Shown: positions 38,288 to 51,043, counted from the first letter of the whole stretch. The stretch is 63,445 bases of DNA, filler included, from Chiloscyllium plagiosum (GCF_004010195.1; 3 parts of one record of this genome joined end to end with filler, not necessarily neighbours in it); one strand, 5' to 3'. Made by a program: numbers and translations. Notes: a model not told the origin generated them from the letters alone.

Positions 38288-39049
38288 AAATCAAATGAAA
38301 TTCACCAAGCCCCCTTAGATAGTAACTTCTAATCCCACAATTATTATCATTTTGAAGGACAAGGACAACAGACATATGAAAGCTCCATCACCTGCAAGTT
38401 TTTCTCCATGTCACTTATCATCCTGACTTAGAAACATATTGCCTTATTTTTATTGTCACTGGTTCAAAATCCTGGAATTCCCACCGTAACAGCATTGTGG
38501 CCTTACCTTCACCAAATTGCCTGCAGTGGTTCAAGAAGGCAGCTGAATAGCACTTTCTCAGAGGTAGATAGGGAGAGCCTACTTTTATTTCTATTTCCTT
38601 TGGTTTTTTTGACTTTTTTTATGTAATGCTTCACTTTGGAGAATTTTTTTGATTGTATATAGGATGCTGAGCAGTAATTTCACTTAATAATTTTGAAATA
38701 CTGTTGTGTATATTTCCAATTTCTAATAACCATGAGTCTGGCTTGACTTATGATATAAACCAGAGATATTATTGATATTACAACATTGGTAGAGAAAGAA
38801 ATTTTTAAAATATGAAAAAGTCCCATTTATTCAGTAAAGCCAGTTCGTTTTATATGCTGAATGACAATGACAAAAAAAATCCAAAAATTCCGATTATATT
38901 CACTGAATATTTTAGTAGAAATTTTCAGCTTTTAAGAAATTAAATTTATCTGTTTATGTTATGATTGCTGAGAACAAGTATTTCTCAGACAAGCTTCCTG
39001 TATGAAATCTATTTATTGTTTCTGATTGGAGAGGTTAGAAAGCTAACAA

Positions 39050-39202
39050 GGTAAAAACAATGACTGCAGATGCTGGAAACCAGATTCTGGATTAATGGTG
39101 CTGGAAGAGCACAACAGTTCAGGCAGCCTCCAAGGAGCTTCTAAGCTTCTAAGCTCCTTGGATGCTGCCTGAACTGCTGTGCTCTTTCAGCACCACTAAT
39201 CG
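39050..39202. mobile_element. PLE family A fold-back element lacking the ribozyme core
   Basis: Inverted arms meeting at aagcttct repeats; 13-bp TSD AGAAAGCTAACAA at 39037-39049 and 39203-39215. Confidence 0.8.
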
Positions 39203-40109
39203 AGAAAGCTAACAATCATGAATCAGTTTGCCAATGCCCTCTGTAAGCCTGAGTAACTCTCTCTTAGCTCTGATCTGGTAATTGTATTGATATAATTAAC
39301 TTCTGGGTGTCAAATCAATTGATCAGATATTAGTTAAACATTCTGGTGGTTGTCAAATAAAGATTGGTAGTATAAAAGGAGATCAATTTGTTATCAAGAT
39401 GTTATTGACCTGTTCTAGGATCTACACCTCCAGATTGCAGTTTCAAACTGTTTCTGCCTTAGGCTATGGTATTAATACAATTGAGAGGAAGGAAAGAATG
39501 TTAATTCACTGGCATCAAGGGACTATTTAGCAATACTTTAAGCTTCAAATATAATACCTTGAGTTCCTCGTTGGGCTGTTTTTCTGTCAAATCTCATATC
39601 GGAAACACATTGTGTACTATCTTCGAATTATTCATACAGAACTTCAGAAAACTAAATTTCACATGCTGTATGCATGTAAAGGCCTGAAATAGACCTGTGG
39701 TGGTGAAGACGCTTTGATGTAAGTGTAAAGTTAATGAATTGCATGGTAATGTAGATCTTGTGCTCCTAATATTTTGTGAAATATATATCCAGTAAATTAT
39801 GCAAATAGTTTAACAATGAATTACCAAGAAACTTGAGTGTTGTGTTTAATTGTTCATTATTTAATTGTATCTACTATTTGTTCTGTGTACTGGGTGCTTT
39901 AGTTAATCTTTTTGGCCCTGTTACAGAGGAAGAGAAACTTAAAGTAGGCTTATGACTGCAGTCATTTTAAAACAAAACTTTTATAATAAAGAAACAAAAA
40001 CATAAATTCTTGGAAAAACTCAGTGCAGCTGTGGAGAGAAATCAGAATATATTTTATTATAGTTATATTTAATGTTATTATGTTTTATAATAAAGTCCTG
40101 CTCACACAT

Positions 40110-40207
40110 AAAGTCGAAAAGTGTGGCGCTGGAAAAGCGCAGCAGGTCAGGCAGCATCCAAGGAGCAGGAGAGTAGCTGTTTCGGGCACAAGTCCTTCAT
40201 CAGGAAC
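40110..40207 (-). mobile_element. PLE family A terminus
   Basis: Minus-strand CUGAUGAAGGACUUGUGCCCGAAACAGC. Confidence 0.75.
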
Positions 40208-40219
40208 ATTTAAAGGTTA

Positions 40220-40802
40220 GGTGACTTCACCAGAGCTGAAGTGAAGTGTGAAGGGGACAGCATTTATGCTGTAGTTTGGGAAGGGTGGGAGTGGGTGTAG
40301 GATGCTGGTGGAGAAAAGATGTTGATAGTTCAGATTAAGTGCTGGGAATGGGAGAATAGCTAATCAATGGTGTGTCTCTGCCAGATTTGAAAAGACAGTA
40401 ACTGGGATCGAGGGAGGGAAGGATATGATAACAAGCTGAAAGAAAGGGAAGAAATGTTTCACAATTTGAAGCTGTCGAACTCAATACGAAGTCCAGAAGA
40501 CTGCGAAGTGTCCAGTTTGAAGATGAGATGTTATTCCCAATTTGCATTGTGAATCACTGGAACACTACAACATGCCAAGGACAGACACGTGGGCATGAGA
40601 GCAGGACGGTACAGGAAGGTCAAAGTCCTGCTTACCGCTTCCCCCCTCCCCACTCCTCCACCCCTCCTAAACTAAAGTATAAATACGGTCCCCTTCACAG
40701 TCAGCTCTGAGAAGGAGTCATCTAGACTTAAAACATTAGCTTGCTCTCTCTCCGTGGATGCATCTGACCTAATGTGATCTCCAGCATTTGTTGTTTTCAG
40801 AT
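40220..40802. mobile_element. Old PLE 3' fragment with inverted terminus
   Basis: Minus-strand GIY-YIG C-terminal remnant (gaataacatctcatcttc) plus a plus-strand degraded hammerhead near 40706. Confidence 0.5.
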
Positions 40803-41455
40803 GTAGGGGTACAGGTTCATAACTCCTTGATAGTGGAGTCACAGATAGACAGGATGGTGAAGAAGGCTTATGGCACTCTTGCTTTCATCAGTCAGAGTAT
40901 TGAGTATTGGAGTTGAGATGTCGTGTTGGAGCTGTACAAAACATTGGTAAGGCCACATTTAAAGTTTTGTGTGTAGTTCTAGTTGCCCCACTATAGAAAT
41001 GACATAACTAAATTAGAAAGAGTGCTGAAGAGACTTACTAGGATGCTACCTGGACTGGAGTGTTTGTATTATAAGGAGGGGCTGGATAGGCATAGGAGAC
41101 TGAGGGATGTCCTTACAGAGGTATACAAAATCAAGGTAGATAGCTAACAAATTTTCCCCATGGTAAGGAAATCTAAAACTAGAGGGCGTAGATTTAAAGT
41201 GAGAGGGGAGAGATACAAAAGTGTCCAGAGGGGCATTTTTTTCACTTAGAGGGTAGTTAGTATCTGGAACAGCCTACCAGAGGTAGCGGTGGAGGTGAAT
41301 ACAATTTTCTCATTTAAGAAACATTTAGACAAGTATGTGAGGATAGTATGGAAGGATATGGACAAATGGAACTAGATTAATTGTGAAACTGGGCAGCATG
41401 GACAAGTTAGGCTGAAGGGTCTGTTTCCATACTGTGAATCTCTATGACTCTATAA
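40803..41455 (+). mobile_element. CR1 LINE RT/3' end
   Basis: LELYKTLVRPHL peptide; ctctatgactctata tail. Confidence 0.8.
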
Positions 41456-41459
41456 CTCC

Positions 41460-41676
41460 AGATACTGGTAAATTGAAACAAAAATAGAAATTGTTTGAGA
41501 AACTCAGCAAGTCTGGTAACATCAGTGGCGAAAGAAACAGATTTAATATTTCAGGTCCAGTCACCCTTTCTCAAACAGTCTGAAGAAGGGTCCCTGGATT
41601 TGAAATGTTAATTCTGCTTTCTGTCCATAGCTGTGACCAGACTTACTGTGTATCTGCAGCAATTTCTGTTTTTGTG
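41460..41676. mobile_element. PLE family D fold-back mini-element (degraded)
   Basis: Inverted arms centred near 41575; CUGAAGAAGGGUCC...GAAAUGUUAA. Confidence 0.6.
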
Positions 41677-41759
41677 ACGAGAGCTCCCACTCATTTGTCA
41701 GTGCATTCAGTGACGGTACAATTGCCATGTTGGAAGCATGTTGCTTAGGCTGCATTGTA

Positions 41760-42390
41760 AGCCTGAAAAAAAATATAGAAATTGCTGGAGAAACCCAGCA
41801 GGTGGGGCCACATCTGTGGAGAGAAACCAGAGCTGATGTTTCAAATCCAGTGGCTCTTCATCAGCATTGATAGCGGCTAGGAAAAAATGTTCCCATGTCA
41901 ACATTTCTGTCACAGGCCTGCTGTAGTATTCCTGCTAGCCTCAACAACATCTCATTTCTCACTTGGGGACCCTGCAGCCTCTCGGACTCAGCATTGCGTT
42001 CAATAACTTTAGAGTCTGATTCCATCCTTCTATGGTTTCTAACCACACCCACACCCAGTCCTGTTATCCTTTCAGCTTTCAGCACAGCATACCCATTCTC
42101 TCCTACTCTCAATTATTCAGCTTCTCTTCTATTCTGGCCTACTATCAACAATCCTCTCAGCTGCCTATCCCTATCATAGCTCTTTCTCTGGGTTCCATTC
42201 ACCTCTCCCCTATCCTAGACCCACCTTCAGCATTAATACCACTTTTTCCTTGTTATCAGTTCTGATGAAGAGTCACTGAACTCGAAATGTTGATTCTGTT
42301 TTCTCCCCAGAGATGCTGCCAGACCGACTGAATTTCTCCAGCAATTTCGGTTTTGGTTTCAGATTTCCAGCACCCACAGTTGTTTGCTTT
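41760..42390 (+). mobile_element. PLE family D 3' end with inverted 5' arm
   Basis: QHLISHLGT GIY-YIG tail; hammerhead CUGAUGA-A-GAGU-CACUGA-ACUC-GAAAUGUU at 42262; inverted copy at 41775-41865. Confidence 0.7.
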
Positions 42391-42914
42391 ATGCTATTGT
42401 TTTGTAAGCAGTTTGATCTTAGCAGTATTTATATATTCTGATCATTAAATTTACAACAGTGAGATTTAACATTGGTTGGATATTTTTCAAATTAATTATC
42501 AGCTTGGTGAACTTCCTTCTTTTAGCTTTTAAATATTCATGCCATGATTTTTTTTTAAAATGGAGCCTATCATTACAGGTTACAGCGGGATATAGATAAG
42601 CTGCAGAGCTGGGCAGAAAGGTGGCAAATGGAGTTCAATGTCGGTAAGTGTGAGGTAATTCACTTTGGTAAGAGCCTAGCATTCCGGAGAGCATTGGATG
42701 GTTATTTGGATTAAAATAATGTGCAAGGATATTAAAAAAAAATGGAAAAAAGTGTTGGACGAAGTGCCTGTTCAAGAATGAAAGTCAATTGGATTTTGTG
42801 ACACTTTTGATGGAGCTAGAAATGTGAATTAATAAAATAAGATTGAAACTAGTTTATAATGTTAATTTAATGAGTCACGGCAGGCACAATGGGCCAAATG
42901 GCCTCCCTCTGTGA

Positions 42915-44166
42915 TTAGAACATAGAAAAATACAGCGCAGTACAGGCCCTTTGGCCCTCGATGTTGCACTGATCCAAGCCCACCTAACCTACACTAGCCC
43001 ACTATCCTCCATATGCCTATCCAATGCCCGTTTAAATGTCTATAAAGAGGGAGACTCCACCACTGTTACTGGCAGGGCATTCCATAAACTCAAGACTCAC
43101 TGAGTAAAGAATTTACTCCTAACATCTGTCCTATACCTACCACCCCTTAATTTAAAGCTATGTCCCCTCGTAATAGCTGACTCCATATGTGGAAAAAGGT
43201 TCTCATGGTCAACCCTATCTAAACCCCTAATCATCTTGTACACCTCTATCAAGTCACCCCTAAACCTTCTTTTCTCCAGTGAAAACATCCCCAAGTCCTC
43301 AGCCTTTCCTCATACGATCTTCCTACCATACCAGGCAACATCCTGGTAAACCTCCTCTGCACCCGTTCCAGTGCCTCCACATCCTTCCTATAGTATGGCG
43401 ACCAAAACTGCACACAATACTCCCGATGCAGCCGCACCAGAGTCTTATACAACTGCAACATGACCTCAGGACTCTGGAACTCAACTCCTCTACCAATAAA
43501 AGCCAGTACGCCATATGCCTTCTTCACCGCACTATTTACCTGGGTGGCAACTTTCAGAGATCTGTGTACATGGGCACCAAGATCCCTCTGCTCATCCACA
43601 CTAACAAGTATCTGACCATTAGCCTAGTACCCCATCTTTTTGTTACTCTTACCAAAGTGAAACACCTCACACTTACCGACATTGAACTCCATTTGCCACC
43701 TTTCTGCCCAGCTCTGCAGCTTATCTATATTCTACTGTAACCTGACACATCCTTCCTCACTGTCAACAACTCCACCGACTTTCGTATCATCCGCAAACTT
43801 ACTCACCCAACCTTCTAGCCCCTCTTCCAGGTCATTTATAAAAATGACAAACAGCAATGGTCCCAAAACAGATCCTTGCGGAACACCGCTAGTAACGGCA
43901 CTCCAAGATGAACCTTTACCATCAACTACTACCCTCTGTCTTCTTCCAGCCAGCCAACTCCTAATCCAAACCTCCAACTCACCCTCAATGCCATATCTCC
44001 GTATTTTCTGCAGTAGCCTACCATGGGGAACCTTATCAAACGCCTTACTAAAATCCATATATACCACATCTACCGCTTTCCCCTCATCAACCTCCTTCGT
44101 CACCTTTTCAAAGAATTCAATAAGGCTTGTGAGGCACGACCTGCCCTTCACAAAACCATGCTGACT
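42915..44166 (-). mobile_element. Young CR1 LINE (RT to 3' end)
   Basis: [37 protein letters not shown] and KFADDTK motifs. Confidence 0.95.
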
Positions 44167-44229
44167 AGTTAGAAATTAACCTTTACTTGCCAGACTGCGT
44201 TACTGAGATATGAATGCAAAGTGTCAAAG

Positions 44230-44320
44230 GCTCCAGTGCAACACTGAGGGAGCACTGCACTGTCTGAGGCACCACCTTTTAGACAAAGTGTCAAACCGAG
44301 ACTCTTGTCTACCCTCACAG
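44230..44320 (+). mobile_element. DeuSINE Deu-domain fragment
   Basis: ccagtgcaacactgagggagcactgcactgtctgaggcaccacc...aaaccgagac. Confidence 0.6.
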
Positions 44321-44349
44321 CAAGATAGGAGCATCAGCAAAAGTAAACT

Positions 44350-44682
44350 GGGGGGAGGCGATGGCTTAGTGGTGTTATTGCTGGGCTATTGAACCAGAGA
44401 CTCAGGGAATGTTTCTGGGGGCCTGGGTTTGAATCCTGCCATGGCAGATGGTGGGATTTGAATTCAATGAAAATGATGGTCTAATGGTGGTCATGAATCC
44501 GTTGCTGATTGTTGGAAAAACCCATTTGGTTCACTCACGTCCTTTAGGGAAGGAATCTGCCATACTTACCTGGTCTGGCCTATATGTGACTCCAGACCCA
44601 CAGCAAATGTGGTTGACTCTTAAGAGTTCCTTGGGATGGGCAATAAATGCTGGCCGGACCAACAGTGCCCTCATCCTATGAA
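44350..44682 (+). mobile_element. tRNA-headed SINE (second family)
   Basis: A box GATGGCTTAGTGG, B box GGTTTGAATCC; tail gatgggcaataaatgctggcc. Confidence 0.8.
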
Positions 44683-44685
44683 CAA

Positions 44686-45186
44686 GATGGGGTACTTGTC
44701 TAATGGTCGGATACTTGGTAGTGTGGATGAGCAGAGGGATCTTGGTGTCCATGTACACAGACCCCTGAAAGTTGCCACCCAGGTAAATAGTGCGGTGAGG
44801 AAAGCATATGGCGTACTGGCTTTTATTGGTAGAGGAATTGAGTTCCGGAGTCCTGAGGTCATGATGCAGTTGTATAAGACCCTGGTACGGCCGCATCTGG
44901 AATATTGTGTGCAGTTTTGGTCGCCATACTATAGGAAGGATGTGGAGGCACTGGAACGGGTGCAGAGGAGGTTTACCAGGATGTTGCCTGGTATGGAAGG
45001 AAAATCGTATGAGGAAAGACTGAGGCACTTGGGGCTGTTTTCACTAGAGAAAAGAAGGTTTAGGGGTGACTTGAATGAGGTGTACAAGATGATTAGGGGG
45101 TTAGATAGGGCCGACAGTATGAACCTTCTCCCGCGTATTGAGTCGGGTATTACAAGGGGGCATAGCTTTAAATTAAGGGCGGGTAG
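44686..45186 (+). mobile_element. Young CR1 LINE RT fragment, cut by the spacer
   Basis: EQRDLGV...[15 protein letters not shown]...RRFRGDL; same subfamily as 42915-44166. Confidence 0.9.
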
Positions 45187-45286
45187 NNNNNNNNNNNNNN
45201 NNNNNNNNNNNNNNNNNNNNNNNNNNNNNNTTAATTAATTAANNNNNNNNNNNNNNNNNNNNNNNNNNNNNNNNNNNNNNNNNNNN
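45187..45286. other. Artificial 100-bp assembly spacer
   Basis: 44 N + TTAATTAATTAA + 44 N. Confidence 0.9.
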
Positions 45287-47547
45287 GGTACACAGACAGT
45301 ACAGAGTGGGGTACAAAGACAGTACAGAGTGGGGTACACAGACTGTACAGCGTGGGATACAAATAGAGTACAGAGTGGGGTACACAGACAGTACAGAACG
45401 GGGTACACAGACAGTATAGAGTGGGGTACACAGACAGTATAGAGCGGAGTATACAGACAGTATAGAGTGGGGTATACAGACAGTATAGAGCGGGGTATAC
45501 AGACAATATAAAGTGCGGTAAACAGATAGTACAGAGTTTGGTACACAGACAGTACAGAGTGGGGTACAAATACAGTACAGAGTGGGGTACACAGACTGTA
45601 CAGCGTGGGATACAAATAGAGTACAGAGTGGGGTACACAGACATTACAGAGTGGGGTATACAGATAGTACAGAACGGGGTACACAGACAGTATAGAGTGG
45701 GGTACACAGACAGTATAGAGCGGGGTATACAGACAGTATAGAGTGGGGTATAGAGACAGTACAGTGTGGGGTATACAGACAGTATAGAGTGGGGTAAACA
45801 GACAGTACAGAGTGGGGTACACAGGCAGTACACAATTGGGTACACGGGTAGTACAGAATGGGGTACACAGACAGTACAGAGTGGGGTACAAAGACAGTAC
45901 AGAGTGGGGTACACAGACTGTACAGCGTGGGATACAAATAGAGTACAGAGTGGGGTACACAGACAGTACAGAACGGGGTACACAGACAGTATAGAGTGGG
46001 GTACACAGACAGTATAGAGGGGAGTATACAGACAGTATAGAGTGGGGTATAGGGACAGTACAGTGTGGGGTATACAGACAGTATAGAGCAGGGTATACAG
46101 ACAGTTTAGAGTGGGGTATACAGACAGTATAGAGCAGGGTATATAGACAGTATAGAGCGGGGTATACAGACAGTATAGAGTGGCGTACACAGACAGTACA
46201 GAGTGGGGTACACAGACAGTACAGAGTGGGGTACACAGACAGTACAGTGTGGGGTACACAGACAGTACAGCGTGGTGTACATAGACAGTAGAGCATGGTG
46301 TATGCAGACAGTAGAGCGTGGGGTATACAGACAGTACAGAGTGGGGTACACAATCAGTAGAGAGTGGGGTATACAGGCAGTACAGAGTGGGGTACACAGA
46401 CAGTACAGCGTGGGGTACACAATCAGTAGAGAGTGGGGTACACAGACAGTACAGAGTGGGGTACACAGATAGTACAGAGTGTGGTATACAGGCAGTACAG
46501 AGTGGGGTACACAGACAGTACAGCGTGGCGTACACAGACAGTACAGCGTGGGGTATACAGACAGTACAGAGTGGGGTACGCAGACAGTACAGCGTGGGGT
46601 ACACAGACAGTCTAGAGTGGGGTATACAGACAGTACAGCGTGGCGTACACAGACACTACAGAGTGGGGTACGCAGACAGTACAGTGTGGGGTACACAGAC
46701 ATTATAGAGTGGGGTATACAGACAGTACAGCGTGGCGTACACAGACAGTACAGAGTGGGGTACACAGACAGTACAGAGTGGGGTACGCAGACAGGACAGC
46801 GTGGGGTACACAGACAGTACAGCGTGGTGTACATAGACAGTAGAGCATGGGGTATGCAGACAGTAGAGCGTGGGGTATACAGACAGTACAGCGTGGCGTA
46901 CACAGACAGTACAGAGTGGGGTACACAGACAGTACAGAGTGGGGTACACAGACAGTACAGTGTGGGGTACACAGACAGTATAGAGTGGGGTACACAATCA
47001 GTAGAGAGTGGGGTACACAGACAGTACAGTATGGGGTACACAGACAGTACAGCGTGGGGTACACAATCAGTAGAGAGTGGGGTACACAGACAGTACAGAG
47101 TGGGGTACACAGATAGTACAGAGTGTGGTATACAGGCAGTACAGAGTGGGGTACACAGACAGTACAGAGTGGGGTACACAGATAGTACAGAGTGTGGTAT
47201 ACGGGCAGTACAGAGTGGGGTACACAGACAGTACAGAGTGGGGTACACAGACAGTAGAGCGTGGGGTATACAGACAGTACAGAGCGGGGTACACAGACAG
47301 TACAGAGTGGGATACACAGACAGTACAGAGCGGGGTACACAGACAGTAGAGCGTGGGGTATACAGACAATACAGAGTGGGGTACACAGACAGTACAGGGC
47401 GGGGTACACAGACAGTAGAGCGTGGGGTATACAGACAATACAGAGTGGGGTACACAGACAGTACAGAGCGGGGTACACAGACAGTACAGGGTGGGGTACA
47501 CAGACAGTACAGCGTGGGGTACACAGACAGTACAGAGCGGGGTACAC
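45287..47547. repeat. 23-bp minisatellite (GGGGTACACAGACAGTACAGAGT)n
   Basis: Directly visible; the 23-aa periodicity in the ORF track equals 3 x 23 nt. Confidence 0.95.
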
Positions 47548-48280
47548 TGCCACTGGCCTCCACCTCCCATATGCTGCAGCCACTCCAATCTGTCACAATT
47601 TGAGATAGAAACATCCAACCACACCTCCCCACACCTCAACACGTATCCCCCAATCCACATCCCCATTCCTCCACCCCATCCCCTCTCGCACAACCCCCCT
47701 ATACTCCTCTCAACCCCTCACTGCACCTTTCACCCCCACTCCTCACTCCCTCCCCACACCCCTCTTCCCCACATTCCTNNNNNNNNNNNNNNNNNNNNNN
47801 NNNNNNNNNNNNNNNNNNNNNNNNNNNNNNNNNNNNNNNNNNNNNNNNNNNNNNNNNNNNNNNNNNNNNNNNNNNNNNNNNNNNNNNNNNNNNNCACAAT
47901 CCCCCACCCAACCCTCCTCCGAACCCCTCACTCCATCTCCCATCCCCTCTCCCCACACTGTCCTCTGAACTTCCCTCCCCAGCCCCCGTCCCCAGCCCAC
48001 TGTGGAGCAGTGGAAGGTTATGGTTTGTATGATCCATGCTCCCAGCCTGTGACTCCTGGTGCTTCCTGATGAACTGTGTTCCTTCGGTATCTTGGATCAT
48101 GCACCGGATTTTACTGACACTCAGTCGGTTATCACTGACCTCTTCGGTAGGTTTCTTCAGCACCAATCAATAATTAATGATCGCTGCTTGCAGAATAAAA
48201 ACCATGTGAGTGAATAAAATCATCATGTCACAAACATCATCATTTTGTGAAGAGCTCCAGCAATACACTTCGTGTATTTT

Positions 48281-48413
48281 GTTCCTGATGAAGGGCCTTT
48301 GCTCCGAAACATCGACTCTCCTGCTCCTCGGATGCTGCCTTCATTGAAGTGTACTTTTCCAGCACCACACTCTTGACTCTGATCTCCAGTATCTGCAGTC
48401 CTCACTTTCGCCT
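48281..48413 (+). mobile_element. PLE family A mini-element
   Basis: CUGAUGAAGGGCCUUUGCUCCGAAACAUC at 48285; TSD aatacactt at 48262-48270 and 48414-48422. Confidence 0.8.
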
Positions 48414-48929
48414 AATACACTTAACCCCCTCCATCAAAGTCATTAACATGGATCGGGAATAATAGACCTTTCTGCATGATCGCAGTCACACTCCATAATT
48501 TCCATAACCAGTGGAGTGTTGCAGGGATCAGGGAGGGATAGTGACTATTCCCCATCCATATTAATAACTTCAATGAAGGAGCTGAGTGTATTATCGGAAT
48601 TCTTCACAAAATGCAGTTATACTCTTGCTGCTGGGTCTCAGTTGTGACACCTTGTGCTGTGTGAATTCAGCTCATTGTGAGAGAAGCAAAATGAAAACAA
48701 ATTCTGCGAGACACACAGAATCCTAATTTCATTGAATGGTTCTGTCTGATAACTATCTCCTGCCTTCAGTTTGTTTACATTATCCAATATAATGAGCAGA
48801 CCCATTTTACTGGAAATTGTGTGTGAGCTTTCTTTCTGTTATATTGGGCGCTCAGTGCTCTGTTCAGATGTAAATGACAAAAATGACAAAAAGTACAGGA
48901 CCCAGCATCAATTCTTGTGGCACTCCACT

Positions 48930-49168
48930 GGATGAAGGTTCATCCCCTCCCCCACTCACCCATTGTACTCTATGCTACTTTCTCCCCACCCCCACCCTCC
49001 TCTAGCTTATCTCTCCACGCTCCAGGCTCACTGCCTTTATTCCTGATGAAGGGCTTTTGCCCGAAATGTCGATTTCGAAGCTCCTTGGATGCTGCCTGAA
49101 TGGCTGTGCTCTTCCAGCACCACTAATCCAGAATCTGGTTTCCAGCATCTGCAGTCATTATTTTTACC
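48930..49168 (+). mobile_element. PLE family A 3' terminus with hammerhead motif
   Basis: CUGAUGA-A-GGGC-UUUU-GCCC-GAAAUGUC at 49043-49070. Confidence 0.8.
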
Positions 49169-49169
49169 T

Positions 49170-50256
49170 CATTGAATTTATCCACCTTTACCCGTTTCAA
49201 GACATCCAGCACTTCCTCCTCTGTAATCTGGACATTTTGCAAAATGTCGCAATCTATTTCCCTACAGTCTACATTTTCCATATCCTATTCCACAGTAAAT
49301 ACTGGTGCAAAATATTCATTTAGTAGAAGACAGAGGGTGGTGGTAGAAGGTTGTTTTTCAGGCTGGAGGCCTGTGACCAGTGGAGTGCCACAAGTATCGG
49401 TGCTGGGTCCTCTACTTTTTGTCATTTACGTAAATGATTTGGATGCGAGCATAAGAGGTACAGTTAGTAAGTTTGCAGATGACACCAAAATTGGAGGTGT
49501 AGTGGACAGNNNNNNNNNNNNNNNNNNNNNNNNNNNNNNNNNNNNNNNNNNNNNNNNNNNNNNNNNNNNNNNNNNNNNNNNNNNNNNNNNNNNNNNNNNN
49601 NNNNNNNNNNNNNNNNNNNNNNNNNNNNNNNNNNNNNNNNNNNNNNNNNNNNNNNNNNNNNNNNNNNNNNNNNNNNNNNNNNNNNNNNNNNNNNNNNNNN
49701 NNNNNNNNNNNNNNNNNNNNNNNNNNNNNNNNNNNNNNNNNNNNNTTGTGAAACTTGAAAGGGTTCAGAAAAGATTTACAAGGATGTTGCCAGGGTTGGA
49801 GGATCTGAGCTACAGGGAGAGGCTGAACAGGCTGGGGCTATTTTCCCTGAAGCATCAGAGGCTGAGGGGTGACCTTTTTGAGGTTTACAAAATTATGAGG
49901 GGCATGGATAGGGTAAATAGGCAAAGTTTTTTCCCTGGGGACGGGGAGTCCAGAACTAGAGGGCATAGGTTTAGGGTGAGAGGGGAAAGATATAAAAGAG
50001 ACCTAAGGGGCAACATTTTCACACAGAGGGTGGGACGTGTGTGGGATGAGCTGCCAGAAGATGTGGTGGAGGCTGATATAATTGCAACATTGAAGAGGCA
50101 TTTGGATGGGTATATGAATAGGAAGGGTTTGGAGAGGTATGGGTCAGATGCTGGCAGGTGGGACTCAACTGGGTTGGGATATCTGGTTGGTATGGACGAG
50201 TAGGACCGAAGGGTCTGTTCCTATGCTGTACATCTCTATGACTCTATGACTCTATG
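49170..50256 (+). mobile_element. CR1 LINE with inverted 5' segment (49170-49322 on the minus strand)
   Basis: Plus strand: RRQRVVVEG...KFADDTK...LERVQKRFTRM with a (CTATGACT) tail. Minus strand: [12 protein letters not shown]...[17 protein letters not shown]. Confidence 0.85.
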
Positions 50257-50729
50257 GATACCAGGCAAATGTAACTTCATTAAAATTTCCAAGATTATGC
50301 TGAACATAAATACTAAACTAAAAGAAAAATACTTCAGGTGCTGCAGGTTTGAATTAAATGCAGACAGTGCTGCAGAAATTCAACAGGTCTGGCAGTATCT
50401 GTGAAGAGAGACAAAAACAGAATTAATGCTTCAAGACAAATATGAGTTTTTTTCAGGATCTCTGTTCTTCAGTTCTGTAGAAATCATATTGGACTCGAAA
50501 TGTTAATTCTGTTTCCAATTCCATAGATGCTGTCAGACCTGGTGAGTTTCTTCAGTGTTTTTTGCTCTTGCTAACTAACTGGCTTGGAATTGTCACGATT
50601 CTTATCCCTTTTAAAAATAAGGTTTATATTAACTGTTCACAAGTCACACCCCCAACATATCAGGTGGTGAATTTCCTACAGGAAAACATGTTGTTAGTTG
50701 TTTATTTCCGGACTGGTTAGACTGGTTTG

Positions 50730-51043
50730 TGGGTGGCACGGTGGCACAGTGGTTAGCACTGCTGCCTCACAGCGCCTGAGACCCGGGTTCAATTCCCGCC
50801 TCAGGCGACTGACTGTGTGGAGTTTGCACGTTCTCCCCGTGTCTGCGTGGGTTTCCTCCGGGTGCTCCGGTTTCCTCCCACAGTCCAAAGATGTGCAGGT
50901 CAGGTGAATTGGCCATGCTAAATTGTCTGTAGTGTTAGGTAAGGGGTAAATGCAGGGGTATGGGTGGGTTGCGCGTCGGCGGGTTGGTGTGGACTTGTTG
51001 GGCCGAAGGGCCTGTTTCCACACTGTAATGTAATCTAATCTAA
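50730..51043 (+). mobile_element. Young full-length HE1-type V-SINE
   Basis: Intact A/B boxes, CpGs retained, taatgtaatctaatct tail. Confidence 0.95.

Noticed and set aside
43130..45186. Inverted CR1 pair read as one large palindromic element
   Set aside because: The copies show scattered substitutions and are separated by unrelated SINEs; independent insertions of one subfamily are simpler.
45287..47547. CRISPR-like regular repeat
   Set aside because: Contiguous tandem units with no unique spacers, no cas genes, and a vertebrate context.
45231..47693. Long Cys/Tyr/Pro-rich ORFs (up to 508 aa) on both strands
   Set aside because: Translations of a stop-free 23-bp minisatellite, open in several frames at once.
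50730..50805. tRNA gene-like A/B boxes
   Set aside because: tRNA-derived SINE head continuing into the V domain, not a standalone tRNA.
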